Shown here one piece after another: positions 24,601 to 41,590 of a stretch of DNA of 64,000 bases. The stretch covers positions 2,609,155 to 2,673,154 of the forward strand of contig JBNZDD010013686.1 of NCBI GenBank assembly GCA_050575255.1, read 5' to 3'. Under the pieces are notes generated by a model. It saw only the letters and a list, made by a program, of their open reading frames with translations, was not told the DNA's origin and ran no database searches. The stretch is from Harriotta raleighana. Its lineage: Eukaryota. The position numbers and the translations under genes were made by a program. Each line of letters begins with the position of its first letter. The stretch's first letter is position 1.

Positions 24601-27470
24601 ACCTTGGGCAAGTTTCCTTACTCCACATGCCTAATAATAATCCCTCCAAAAAAAAAACTACAATAATAAAATTGGTCATTTCAATCCATGACTGTTTGTG
24701 GGACACTGTTGTGCGCAATTGGCTGCCGCGTTTCGCCCACAAATATACAGTCAATTCACTTTACAGTATACTCTGTGAAGCGCTTTGGGACGTTGATAAG
24801 ATGTGAAAAGCGCTATATCAAATGCAAGGATTATTATTATTATCTATATTTTAATCTGTTTTAGGAATAGTATGGCCCTAAGTACCTGCTACAGTACCAG
24901 CATTAACAGAAGTCTGCCTGAATTTATTGTTCTCTAGGGAAATGGTGTGTGGAATCATTTTAATTATTCTAGCTCTTAGCAAGCATTTGACCATTTTGAT
25001 TACTTATATGGAACTATTTTTAATTTTGGTGGGGTAGTGCATGTCTCCTCTTTGCTTTATTACATAATTCTTTTACAGTATTACCTGTTAATTTTAGTAT
25101 TTTATATCTTTTTCTTAGAAAAGAAAAAGTTTAGATGACATTATTCAAGCAGCTGAACTAGTTCTATCCAAAATTGATCAAACTGCCCTGGTGACCCACC
25201 TAGCTTTGAAGACGGACCTTAGGCCTGATGCTGCTTCTATCAAAAGGTAAGTGGAAGGATTTTTTATTAAATATTTCCTATTTTTTGATATTTGAAACAT
25301 TTGCCTTTGCATTGTATAGGTTGGACTCCTACTTAGCAGTATTAGGGGTCACATTTACTGTCTGTTGAAAATCCCTTATAATCAACAAATGTAGGATTCT
25401 CAATTTATTTTGTACGTACCATTTTTCCATATACGAACATTATTTTCCAAAACATCTCATTTTCCTGACACTTATTGTCCCCAAATGACTTTATCCTCTT
25501 TATATTTTACAGTTTCAAACAGGGGTATAGAATTACTAAGACAGTTTGCTTGGACTTAGACTTTTATGCAGTCAGTTTATCTCTTTAATTTAACAAATGT
25601 TATAAAATTCCCAACGAAACAAAAGTTAAGCACATTGTTTCTAGAGGTGATCAGATATCAACAGCAACCATGAAAGCACTGCTAATATGTCTGCTTCCAG
25701 AAGCCTTTTGCACTGCAACACAAAAACTTGTGTAACAGGCCAGTCAGTCAACCCATAATTAGAATAAAGCTTTTAGGTTCCTATTTTAAAGCAATTAGTT
25801 CAATTTGTTCTGTAACTGAGATTACGCTGACCTTTCTTCTTTCAGTGAGATGGAAAAACAGAAATCTGCTCTGATTGATGCTGTCTGTCACAAAGGTTGT
25901 GCCCTGGCTGATAAACTTCTCCATCTCCAGTCACAAGAATCTACTGAGATTGATTCAGAAGAAATCTGCAATAAACTCACAGAGAGTTTCTATGATGTAC
26001 AGAAATGGATAGATATCACGGATTGTAAGGTAATTACATTTATTAATATTGATTATAACTATAGATTAAACTTTGATTATCATTTGCTCGTGGCACAGTA
26101 CAGTGAACTGTGGCTCATTTCAGAAGAAAGTTTCTGTTTGTGTCATTCTACTGTATATGATAAAACAGTGATGAAATGTCAGTGTTTGTGTGTTATTTAA
26201 TGGTTATTAAATTAGTTAGAATATTTCTTATAGAACCCCATTTTTATGCTTTCTTCTGATTTGTCAGGTTTAAACTAACTTGGGATGACTATAACAGAAT
26301 CAGGTTTATGTTTCCTTAGTTTCTATTTCGTCCTAAGGAATCACCATTTTCTTAGATAGAAATGTACAGTGTTGAAGTTTTATAGGTTTGAGACATCTAG
26401 AAGACGTGAAAAGCACTATATCAAATTCAAAGATTATTATGTGGTGGCACATATTTTTAATAATATTTCATATTTTAATATAATTTCACTGTGGTTCTTC
26501 TATTGCGTTAACATGTCTTCTATAGCATTGCAATACTAGCATTACTTACTAGCAAGTATGTTTATCATTCTCAGGCATTAACATTTGCTTACAAACATGC
26601 TTTGGTGAAGCAAACTTATGGGCGCGCCTTGATGTTTGCCTTCAAAATTGTTGAAAATAAGTCAAGTCAAGAAAATGCAAGGAATTGTATTCAGGTTTGT
26701 TTCATCTTCCCTTTTATCACTATTGAACAATTAGAATAATAAAATCTAGTCAATGTTTGATGTGTAATAATTGGTATGCAGCAGATTTATAGATGTGTAC
26801 TCTACAGATAAATATATTACTGGGTGTAAAAGGAAAAAAATTAAGGCATCTCAGAAAATTTAAATTCGAAGGCTTTTGTGCTGAAGTGAACAATTTGTTT
26901 CTGTGATTGTGATTCCAGTGTCCAGTTTCCTCTTCAGTGGCAGGTTTAGCGTTACTAGTTTATATTCCTTAAATGAGCACATTTCCACGAGTCAAAACAG
27001 GTTGTGCAATCATATTTCAAAATGAAATACAGTAGTTAATAGAACACGGAGTGGGAAAGATACACATTTTAGACATGATTATATCTGCAACATTATTCTG
27101 TATAAAATTTGTTATTATTGAATCCTGCTGGTAACTGGAACTGTGTCAAGTTTACCCATGAGAACGCCACACCCAATCCCCTGATTTACTTCCTATTTAA
27201 GTCTCATTGCATATTTTCCAACAATGAAGCGGACAGGTTCAAGAATGTTAGGTATTTTTAAGATAATCATGGATTTGCACTAGTTTTTTTTAATGTCTGC
27301 AGATCGTGAAAATGCTGTTTAATTAAATTGGCTGCATCAAAACACACCTGATTGTTTCATTGTTTACTGATCTCTTGCAGTTGATGAAAACCCTTGGATG
27401 GACACACTGTGCCTCATTCGCAGAAAACTCTCTGCTTGTGATGTATCCCCCAGATTATGTTCCGTTTTAA
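1163..27470 (+). CDS. TPP2: Tripeptidyl-peptidase II-like gene (subtilisin S8 family), 26 coding exons, 5'-truncated by the window
   Basis: Exons splice in frame with GT-AG boundaries and no internal stops. Motifs: [11 protein letters not shown] (catalytic His), SAGNNGP (oxyanion Asn), NGTSMSSP (catalytic Ser), C-terminus [13 protein letters not shown]...YPPDYVPF*. The catalytic Asp exon is not in the window. May be a paralog rather than the ortholog. Confidence 0.95.
2800..2924 (+). CDS. TPP2: TPP2-like exon EDKLILEDL...[15 protein letters not shown]
   Basis: AG/GT boundaries, conserved [12 protein letters not shown]. Confidence 0.92.
4309..4472 (+). CDS. TPP2: TPP2-like exon [11 protein letters not shown]...[13 protein letters not shown]
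   Basis: AG/GT boundaries, phase-compatible. Confidence 0.93.
4592..4746 (+). CDS. TPP2: TPP2-like exon with catalytic His ([16 protein letters not shown]...[11 protein letters not shown])
   Basis: Subtilase His motif, AG/GT. Confidence 0.96.
5005..5081 (+). CDS. TPP2: TPP2-like exon [25 protein letters not shown]
   Basis: AG/GT, conserved DLVNYSYGE. Confidence 0.93.
6184..6311 (+). CDS. TPP2: TPP2-like exon with oxyanion Asn ([15 protein letters not shown])
   Basis: AG/GT, SAGNNGP motif. Confidence 0.95.
6586..6650. repeat. Poly-C homopolymer spanning an N
   Basis: About 64 C with N at 6629; true length unreliable. Confidence 0.7.
7969..8068 (+). CDS. TPP2: TPP2-like exon [32 protein letters not shown]
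   Basis: AG/GT, WSSRGP motif. Confidence 0.95.
8902..9050 (+). CDS. TPP2: TPP2-like exon with catalytic Ser ([13 protein letters not shown])
   Basis: Subtilase Ser motif, AG/GT. Confidence 0.96.
10490..10605 (+). CDS. TPP2: TPP2-like exon [21 protein letters not shown]...FAQGCGIIQ
   Basis: AG/GT, conserved [12 protein letters not shown]. Confidence 0.94.
11247..11418 (+). CDS. TPP2: TPP2-like exon IEKAYDYL...RGIYLREP...EPVFPENT
   Basis: AG/GT, phase-compatible. Confidence 0.92.
12736..12893 (+). CDS. TPP2: TPP2-like exon [10 protein letters not shown]...[11 protein letters not shown]...HYTE
   Basis: AG/GT, conserved [11 protein letters not shown]. Confidence 0.93.
13198..13274 (+). CDS. 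TPP2: TPP2-like exon [25 protein letters not shown]
   Basis: AG/GT, phase-compatible. Confidence 0.92.
13775..13881 (+). CDS. TPP2: TPP2-like exon IDEASEY...[22 protein letters not shown]
   Basis: AG/GT, conserved EVPxGATWA. Confidence 0.92.
14498..14652 (+). CDS. TPP2: TPP2-like exon INLVSKS...HEFYK...AFPVI
   Basis: AG/GT, phase-compatible. Confidence 0.9.
15161..15277 (+). CDS. TPP2: TPP2-like exon [16 protein letters not shown]...SFHGL
   Basis: AG/GT, conserved CIARWW. Confidence 0.92.
16523..16623 (+). CDS. TPP2: TPP2-like exon [10 protein letters not shown]...LKNWVQTL
   Basis: AG/GT, conserved HASEGI and LKNWVQTLR. Confidence 0.93.
16851..16947 (+). CDS. TPP2: TPP2-like exon [32 protein letters not shown]
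   Basis: AG/GT, conserved PLGSRDVLP. Confidence 0.94.
16970..17210 (+). mobile_element. L2-like LINE 3' end
   Basis: FKAGLKTLF..., pyrimidine tract and tail CTTGGGCGTCCTCCCGATATGAAAGG...(TTG)n; related tails near 156, 3190-3340, 32200-32370, 35930, 36810 and 36990-37195. Confidence 0.6.
17588..18198 (+). mobile_element. MITE family A copy
   Basis: Same TIRs and internal sequence as 550-1037, TA flanks. Confidence 0.85.
18249..18386 (+). CDS. TPP2: TPP2-like exon [27 protein letters not shown]...GDAYPDR
   Basis: AG/GT, conserved LLYESE. Confidence 0.94.
18789..19033 (+). CDS. TPP2: TPP2-like exon [19 protein letters not shown]...TSLPDD
   Basis: AG/GT, conserved LKLEKGDYT. Confidence 0.95.
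19568..19646 (+). CDS. TPP2: TPP2-like exon [26 protein letters not shown]
   Basis: AG/GT, conserved LTLSKTExGKKA. Confidence 0.93.
21997..22145 (+). CDS. TPP2: TPP2-like exon, KEKE-rich (SVLPVNYYL...RDLKIHWLP)
   Basis: AG/GT, similar to TPP2 VIPVHYYL...RDLKIQW. Confidence 0.92.
22149..22587 (+). mobile_element. Tc1/mariner-type MITE, family B
   Basis: CAGTAAATGTCC / GGACTTTTACTG ends, TA flanks; second copy at 23994-24411. Confidence 0.8.
22883..23486 (-). mobile_element. MITE family A copy, inverted
   Basis: Reverse complement of 17588-18198, TA flanks. Confidence 0.85.
23782..23878 (+). CDS. TPP2: TPP2-like exon [32 protein letters not shown]
   Basis: AG/GT, phase-compatible. Confidence 0.9.
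23994..24411 (+). mobile_element. MITE family B copy
   Basis: CAGTAAAATTCC / GGAATTTCACTG ends, TA flanks, internal similarity to 22149-22587. Confidence 0.8.
24511..24843 (+). mobile_element. tRNA-derived SINE, near full length
   Basis: A box TGGCTCAGTGG, B box GTTCGAATC, tail ...AGCGCTATATCAAATGCAAGG(ATT)n; multiple copies in window. Confidence 0.85.
25119..25246 (+). CDS. TPP2: TPP2-like exon KRKSLDDII...IDQTAL...[12 protein letters not shown]
   Basis: AG/GT, conserved IDQTAL and RPDAA. Confidence 0.92.
25846..26029 (+). CDS. TPP2: TPP2-like exon [22 protein letters not shown]...KWIDITDCK
   Basis: AG/GT, conserved KGCALAD. Confidence 0.93.
26575..26694 (+). CDS. TPP2: TPP2-like exon [11 protein letters not shown]...NCIQ
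   Basis: AG/GT, conserved [10 protein letters not shown]. Confidence 0.93.
27381..27470 (+). CDS. TPP2: TPP2-like last coding exon [29 protein letters not shown]
   Basis: AG acceptor, TAA stop, AATAAA at 27486-27491. Confidence 0.94.
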   Translation: MMKTLGWTHCASFAENSLLVMYPPDYVPF

Positions 27471-29012
27471 TTTACGTGTCAGCAAAATAAAGAGCCTCCA
27501 TGTATTTGTTAATCAGGATTCAAACAGGCATGTATTTGAAAATTGGGATTACCTGGGTTTTGTTGTACTTCAGCTAATCTTTTTCATTAAAAAAAATCAC
27601 AACTTGTGGAAACATCAGACGATAATAGACTAGACTTTGCCATTATGTTAATGCAATAAGTTTCTGTTAGGTGAACTTATTGCAAAAAGAAAAACAATTC
27701 ATTTCAACTATAAAAATGTGCAGTCTTATCTCAGCCTATGGGGTTGTGTTTGTATTTGTTGTCTTTAAATTGCAGATATGGGAATGTTTTAATTTATTGA
27801 CTCATTTTAATTTGAATAATTCCATCCCTCATTGGATCTCCCACTGGCATTCCTCTTTCAACTAGCAGGGAACACTGCCTGGGGCTCAAACTTGTTTTAT
27901 ATGTAAATGGAAGTCGATTTTCAGATACTGAATGACAATTCCATAGCTGTGAAGCCAGTAGAATCATTACCTTAATCTCCTAAACTGAATTTTCCTGCTA
28001 TAGCATAAGTTTCTTGATTTTCCCTGTGAAAAAGAACTAGCAACGGTAAATGTTGGCCAAGTGCAAGATGCAAGCTGGAGCTCTCCAATTCTGAGTCTGG
28101 ACAATTCTGCTTAAAACTACCTTTTTTTTTAAAAAAAATGCCTCACCCTCTTTGTATGTTTTGCACCCTGTTTTGCATTTACAACATGAGCATATTACTG
28201 TGTAGCCTCAAACAGCTATTGTAGTTGGTAGTCAAGATTACTGGATGCAGACTTCATTTTATAAAAATGCAAGTTCTTTCTTGGATCAGAATTTTTTTGT
28301 CAATAAAAGTCTTCTCAATAAAAGTCTTCTCCTAGAAATGTGATGCTTTACTGTTTAAGGCATCCACTTGGAAGCCCATCTGAGATCTGACAAAACTCAA
28401 CACCCAGCAACTAGCCAACTCAACTGTCAGTTAGTTCTGAAACTGTTCACATGCTAAAGAATGTAAACTAAATGTCTAAAGTGCAATTCTCTGGCAATCT
28501 GACAATTATTTTGTAGGTGAATGATGGTTTTAATATGAGCAGTTTGTGGTACATGTTGCTTTTATGTATTGAGCTGCAGTGATTGCTTAATCTACATTAT
28601 TATTTCAGGGTTTTTTTAACAACTACTCTTTATAGTGATTTCATGAAATCAGTCACTTAGGTGCCTTCTTTATACAGAATTTCTCTTTTAGATTTTGGTG
28701 TTTTCAGTTATGTATCAATTGTTTTTAAATCAGCTACTGTATTTCCATTTGCTAGCTGTATCTCTGAGATGATGTGTGTGTCTGAAATTTGTATTGCTTA
28801 ATGGGTTGTCTCAAATTGTGAAGACAGATGCTTATAACTACCTGCATATTTTATAAATAAAATAAGAACTATTGCAAAATGTAACTGAGTCTCCAAAATG
28901 ATTTACCACCAGATAATAGGTGTAAATATATGTAATGTACTTTTATAAATGAATTGTTGCAAGATTGTGAGAATACAGTAGTTTGTTACAAAGTGCTAAA
29001 TTAAACCAAATC

Positions 29013-29320
29013 AATAATATTCCTTGCATTTGATGTAGCGCTTTTCACATCTAGACATCTCAAAGCGTTTCACAGAGTATACTGTAAAGTGAATTTATTG
29101 TATATTTGTGGGCAAAACGTGACAGCCAATTGCACACACCAGTGTCCCACAAACAGTAATGGTTTGAAATTACCCATTTTTTAAATTGTTTTTTTTGAGC
29201 GATTAATATTAGCTGTGTGGAATAAGGAAACTTGCCAAAGGTTTCACCCTGACCTGCCTGAATTCGAACACAGGTCTCACTCTTGTAAGGCGAGTGCTCT
29301 AACCACTAAGTTACAGGACT
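29013..29320 (-). mobile_element. tRNA-derived SINE copy
   Basis: Reverse complement of the 24511-24843 family. Confidence 0.8.
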
Positions 29321-30148
29321 TCACAGAAGATCATTAAGAATTAATAATGTAGGCTGTCAGTCAGTTTGTAGGTTGGTAGCAAAATCCAACATTTCTGCAA
29401 CTGAACTCTAGAAAACAGGGTCAAAAGTAATTTCATATTCTATTGAAAAACACCTGTCCCAATCAATTTTAATATTTCAAAAGAATTGCAATATATTGTA
29501 TGTATTTTCAATACTTGCTTTGTGAAGCAATTACTGAGCAGTTGGCAGAGGATTGCTTTGAATGTTATGATTCGCTGAAGCTTTAAATCTATAAAACCTT
29601 CAGTGTTCAGCTGTATTGAACTTTGGTTCTGGATAACCGAATCAATAATACATTGGGAAACTCAGCATGTTATTGAGTCCCTAAATGTAATCTTATAGGA
29701 ATTAGTTAAAATCGAACTATACAAATTCCTTCCTTGTCCTCTATTATTTCAAGAGTTACAGCTCACAACAACTAAGTTTTCCGGTTGTCCGTGTGTTGTA
29801 TTGCCGTGGAAAGCAATGTGTAATCCATTGTGAAAATTGTGAAGAGCTTGTTATTCTGTGTTAAAAATCAATGTGCTCTTAAACTAGAACATTTTAGTTC
29901 TGGGTTGTTTGAATACAAGTCCATTCCAGCTACATCTTAGATGCAATAGTCAGTTTAATTTAGACTTCCAAGACTATTGGTGAACCAAGACTTAGTTCAC
30001 TCAAGCCTACAGGAAAATAATCACTTGCAATTTATCTCTTTTGAATCACTAAAATCAGTCAATCAGATCAGTAAATTTAAATCAATGTGACCTGAATTTG
30101 AACAGCTCTCCACCACTAACCATTACACAATGACAACATTGATTTAAA

Positions 30149-30161
30149 GGTAATTATTAAC
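30149..30161 (+). promoter_or_regulatory. HNF1-like site upstream of F9
   Basis: GGTAATTATTAAC, one mismatch to GTTAATNATTAAC, about 490 bp before the ATG of a liver-expressed gene. Confidence 0.35.
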
Positions 30162-30644
30162 TTATTTCAAAGAGGGGAATCACAATATAATACATTGTAA
30201 AATAGCACTACATACTGTATTTTTTGAATTAAATAAATTTTCCACCATGTTTATTTGAAACATTTTCAATATAGCAAAGGGTAAGTGAAGGTTAAATCAT
30301 GTAGTCACTTGTTTTGCTCAATGATTAGGACAAATTTTATCAATCGGCTTTGATTATAAAGATTCTTTTTCATATGATTCTAAGTTGCTGTGAAAGGTGT
30401 ATGTTTATGTGATTATGTGAATGACTTAAATAAAATATCAAAAAGGTGATTTTTTGGGCCTGCTTTCTGTCTGCATTGGTGTTTTTGTTGATAAACGGAG
30501 TCAATAGACCGATGAACTCTGTGTAGTAACTTGCATTGCAAACACAACAAGGTAACCTACATTTACTTTTTAGCTAATCATTGAACTCATTTTGTTGTTT
30601 TCAATTACACCATGCATTAACGTTTTTATTTTGAACTGAAGACA

Positions 30645-37913
<7,269 letters not shown>

Positions 37914-40900
37914 TTTACGTACACTAACCTGGAATCAAATAACTTGGAAACTTTATTCTCTAACCACCTAATGATCATCTTAAAAAATAGAAAAACTAAT
38001 TCACAGTTAAACATATCAGGATTTTCTAAGTAGAAATAGAATAAGGTACAAAAACAGAAATCGCTGGTAACACTCAGCAGGTCATGCAGCATCTATGGAG
38101 AAAGGAAAGTTAGTCAACGTTTCGGGTCCACGACTCTTCATCACAAGAATAAGGTAGTTGAACTCAAATGTGATGCAAGATAATGGAATACTTTTGAGTT
38201 GCTTTATGTGTAAGTATTTATTAGGCATACCCTGTATATGTCTATTCTGTAAACCTGTAGCCAACTTTTATTTTGGATTCATTTTTCCTATTAAATGAAA
38301 TCTTGTCATATATTATTTCTGCATTGTTAACATCTTTTGGTTTATCCCCAATCAAGTTGAAGCACTGCATCTTAATTGCTTTGTGAAGAATAAACTGTTC
38401 TGTACCAAAATGTCATGGAAAAGAATAAACAACTGTTTCTGAAGCATGCTTGAGATGGGGTACCAGCACATGCCTCAGTCTTGTCTTTCTTATTCTGTAT
38501 TACTAACATCAACAATATTTGTGCAGAATCCAACCTCTTGTACAGTATTGCCCGGAATGCTGACCAAAGGTGTGAACTACAGGACTGCAATTTTTCTTCT
38601 CTAGCACTAGAGGTTACCCTTAGAACATAAAAGCTAAGAGTACATTGTGGAGGTGGAGGAGTGTTGAGTAGAATTTGTCATCTCATTCATTTGTAGAGTG
38701 TGAGCTACTTTAGCATCTGGGTAACTTTAACTTGCTAACTTTAAAAATATTTTTTTTGTAGGTGTGGATTCTGGGTGTAGGAACAGAAATTTGTTAACAC
38801 TTGCTTTAACAACAGTAATGATGTGGCCTTCAAAAGTGCTTACTAACTAAATCTCGCACCTTGTGAATTTATTGCTTCTAGAAATAATCAATCATAACAA
38901 AACACAAACCACACAAAGGATTTCTCTTTATTTTTAATAATGCTTTATATCTCAAGTATTGTCTGTGGTATTCTGTCTGAATAATGCATGATTTCATTAT
39001 TGGCTACCTGTCTGATTAACACATTGCCTTATCCACCCTGCAGCTGAGAGTTAAAGCAAAGTCCCATCAATGATTGGCCAGCAGATCAATTGGTCATTCA
39101 TTGAATGGCTGTTTGGCAGACCTTGATGGTTTAAATGGTTACTGTGTTTGTTTCCAAAGTCATTGTAACTCTTAGTAATTCTGATGGAGGGCTTTGAAAC
39201 ACTTTCAAGTTATAAGACGCTGTGAAAAAGGTAAACTTGTTCTTATTTACTAAACAGAAATGTATTGCACACTGAAGCAAAGTGTAAGAAGATTTCAACA
39301 ATTGATATTTATCAACTAATCCTATAGTAAAAGGTCCATTGAGGAGAGGGCCTGATGCATTGATTTACTGTCCTACCCCATTGTTTCTTGTTGTATATCT
39401 TCCATTGATAATTAGATTTCAAAAGTTTTTTTTTGTCTTTGCATTTAATTGTTGTAAATATAATTCCACTGATCATTTCAAATAATTTCTCAATTGCAAC
39501 AGTGGAGTGCATTATGTATGCATGGTTGAGAATTTATGCATGGTTGTGTCACCAAAGAGTGATAGCACAATGGAAGTGAACATCGTAAACTGGAAAATTA
39601 TTAAATAAGTGCTCTAGAATTCTGTTCATTTTATTTAATATTATACATATTTCAAACAATTCAATGAAGATTGAACGTACATTTTGAGCATATGTACTAA
39701 GGTACATATGTTTCTACAAAGTTTAGGAACTGAAAACATTCTTAAAATATAGAATAATAGCCTGTGCTTTCCACATAATTTTATCAATAAATTCATCAGT
39801 TCCTTCATGCATTTTGAATGCTTAGACACTACACATTTTTTGTTATGTGGATGATATTATAAAGAGATATTTATTCTTATACTGATGCTCTATGCAGATC
39901 TATGCAAATTTCAGATCTGGTTTATTGTGCACCCATTCAATTTGCTAAAGGATAGGTTTAAGCAAAAGTGAAGATAACGAGGGTGGAAATGATTGTAAAC
40001 TTTATTTTCAGCAAATGCTGGGCATTTTCTAGTTTCAGAGTGCAGTGCAAGCAAATGTGTTTGAAATGCCTGAGATAATGAAAGTGTGGGCCACATCATA
40101 CGCTGATGCATCCATTAATCCAGTGTGAATCAGCATAACTGTTTCATAATTCACTGAGTACTTACCACAACCAGGTTTAAAATTGTATGTCAACTTCCAA
40201 GAAAAGTAATTTTTTTTCTCTATTAACTAACATTGAATGCTCTCTGAGCTTATTCTCATTTTGTTATGTTTAAACAATTTTGTGAAATCATGCATTTGTT
40301 TAAAGTTGAAGCTGTCTGTTCAGATAAGGCAAAATGCCACTCGTACACATTGGATTGTATGTAGTTTGCTTTGAAATTAAACTGTTGAGTTAAAATCTAC
40401 ACATCAGTACTAAAAGTACTGGCAAGACTCATCAATAAGAACTTCCTTATGGCAGTTGGTCCTCATGAAGTCTCAATAGATTGTTAATTTTCACTGAACC
40501 CTCTAATAACACCACAGCTACCTTCAGTTAATCAACCGACATGATGAATGGTTTAAGAAACCACGTTGAGTGGTGAACTACAACAAAAATGAACAATGGC
40601 TGATTGTATTGCAAAAGGAAGATTCTGATGGTATAGATTGCATCTTTAACAATGTATGATAATGGTGTATCTGCATGAAAAATATCAATACAGGAAGCGA
40701 ATAAATGTCAATGTAGAGTTTTGCATGGTTGCATATTGATTACCATAAAATGTAAATCATAACGTTCACGTTCATTTAGATTTTCCTGAGCTGTAAACCT
40801 GGTGTGTGACTTATGGAACATAATGAATAAAAGGCCAGCTTTCACAGTATGCATTTAGATTTAAAAGTGAGAGTGCAGAACGTACAGAATAATGCCACTT

Positions 40901-41068
40901 TAATGCATCACTTCAGGCATTTATGTAGTAAAGAAAATTGGGGCAATGTGATCACAAACTGCATCTATCACTTAATTAACAATGCTTCATCTATATATGG
41001 GAGTTGGGAACAAATCCGACTGTCAGTGACACTTGGCATTGTTACTGTTCTTGACTTTTGAATATTTT

Positions 41069-41380
41069 ATATTTATTTATATTTATTTATTTATATATTA
41101 TATTTATATAGCATCTTTCACGTCAGGAGGACGTCCCAAGGCGCTGTACAGTCAAGTGGGGGGAGGGGTCGGGAGAAAAAAAGTAGAAAAAACTGACTGT
41201 ATATTTGTGGGCGAAACGCGGCAGCCAAATTGCGCACAGCAGTGTCCCACAAACAGTCATGGAAGTGAGGGGGCCAGGGATGAAAGGGGGAAAGAGGGGA
41301 GGGGTTGGGGTAGGAGGAAGAGAGAAGGAAAACCAGGTGTATATCTGGGGTGAAACGCGGCAGCCAAATTGCGCACAAAT
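41069..41380 (-). mobile_element. Second SINE-like family copy
   Basis: Reverse complement of 32472-32757. Confidence 0.7.
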
Positions 41381-41397
41381 AACTTCAAAAGCTTAAA

Positions 41398-41590
41398 CCC
41401 AAAATACTGCAGATGCTGGGAATCTGAAACAGAAATTTGCTGGGAACACTCAGAACTCCACGGTAAAACTGACAGAAGTTTATGGTTCTGATGAAGGGTC
41501 GTGGACCCGAAATGTCGACTCATTTTTCCTTTCTTCATAGGTGCTCCCTGATCTGCTGAGTGTTCCCAGCGATTTCTATGTTTTGTTTCA
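41398..41590 (+). repeat. Penelope-like repeat remnant containing a minimal hammerhead motif
   Basis: Inverted-repeat arms (GCTGGGAACACTCAG / CTGAGTGTTCCCAGC) around CTGATGA-stem-GAAA; related pieces at 7258-7380 and 38048-38145. Confidence 0.6.
41484..41520 (+). ncRNA. Minimal type I hammerhead ribozyme-like motif
   Basis: GGUU-CUGAUGA-A-GGGUC(GUG)GACCC-GAAA-U-GUC-GACU: core, stem II, 4-bp stem I and GUC triplet. Confidence 0.55.
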
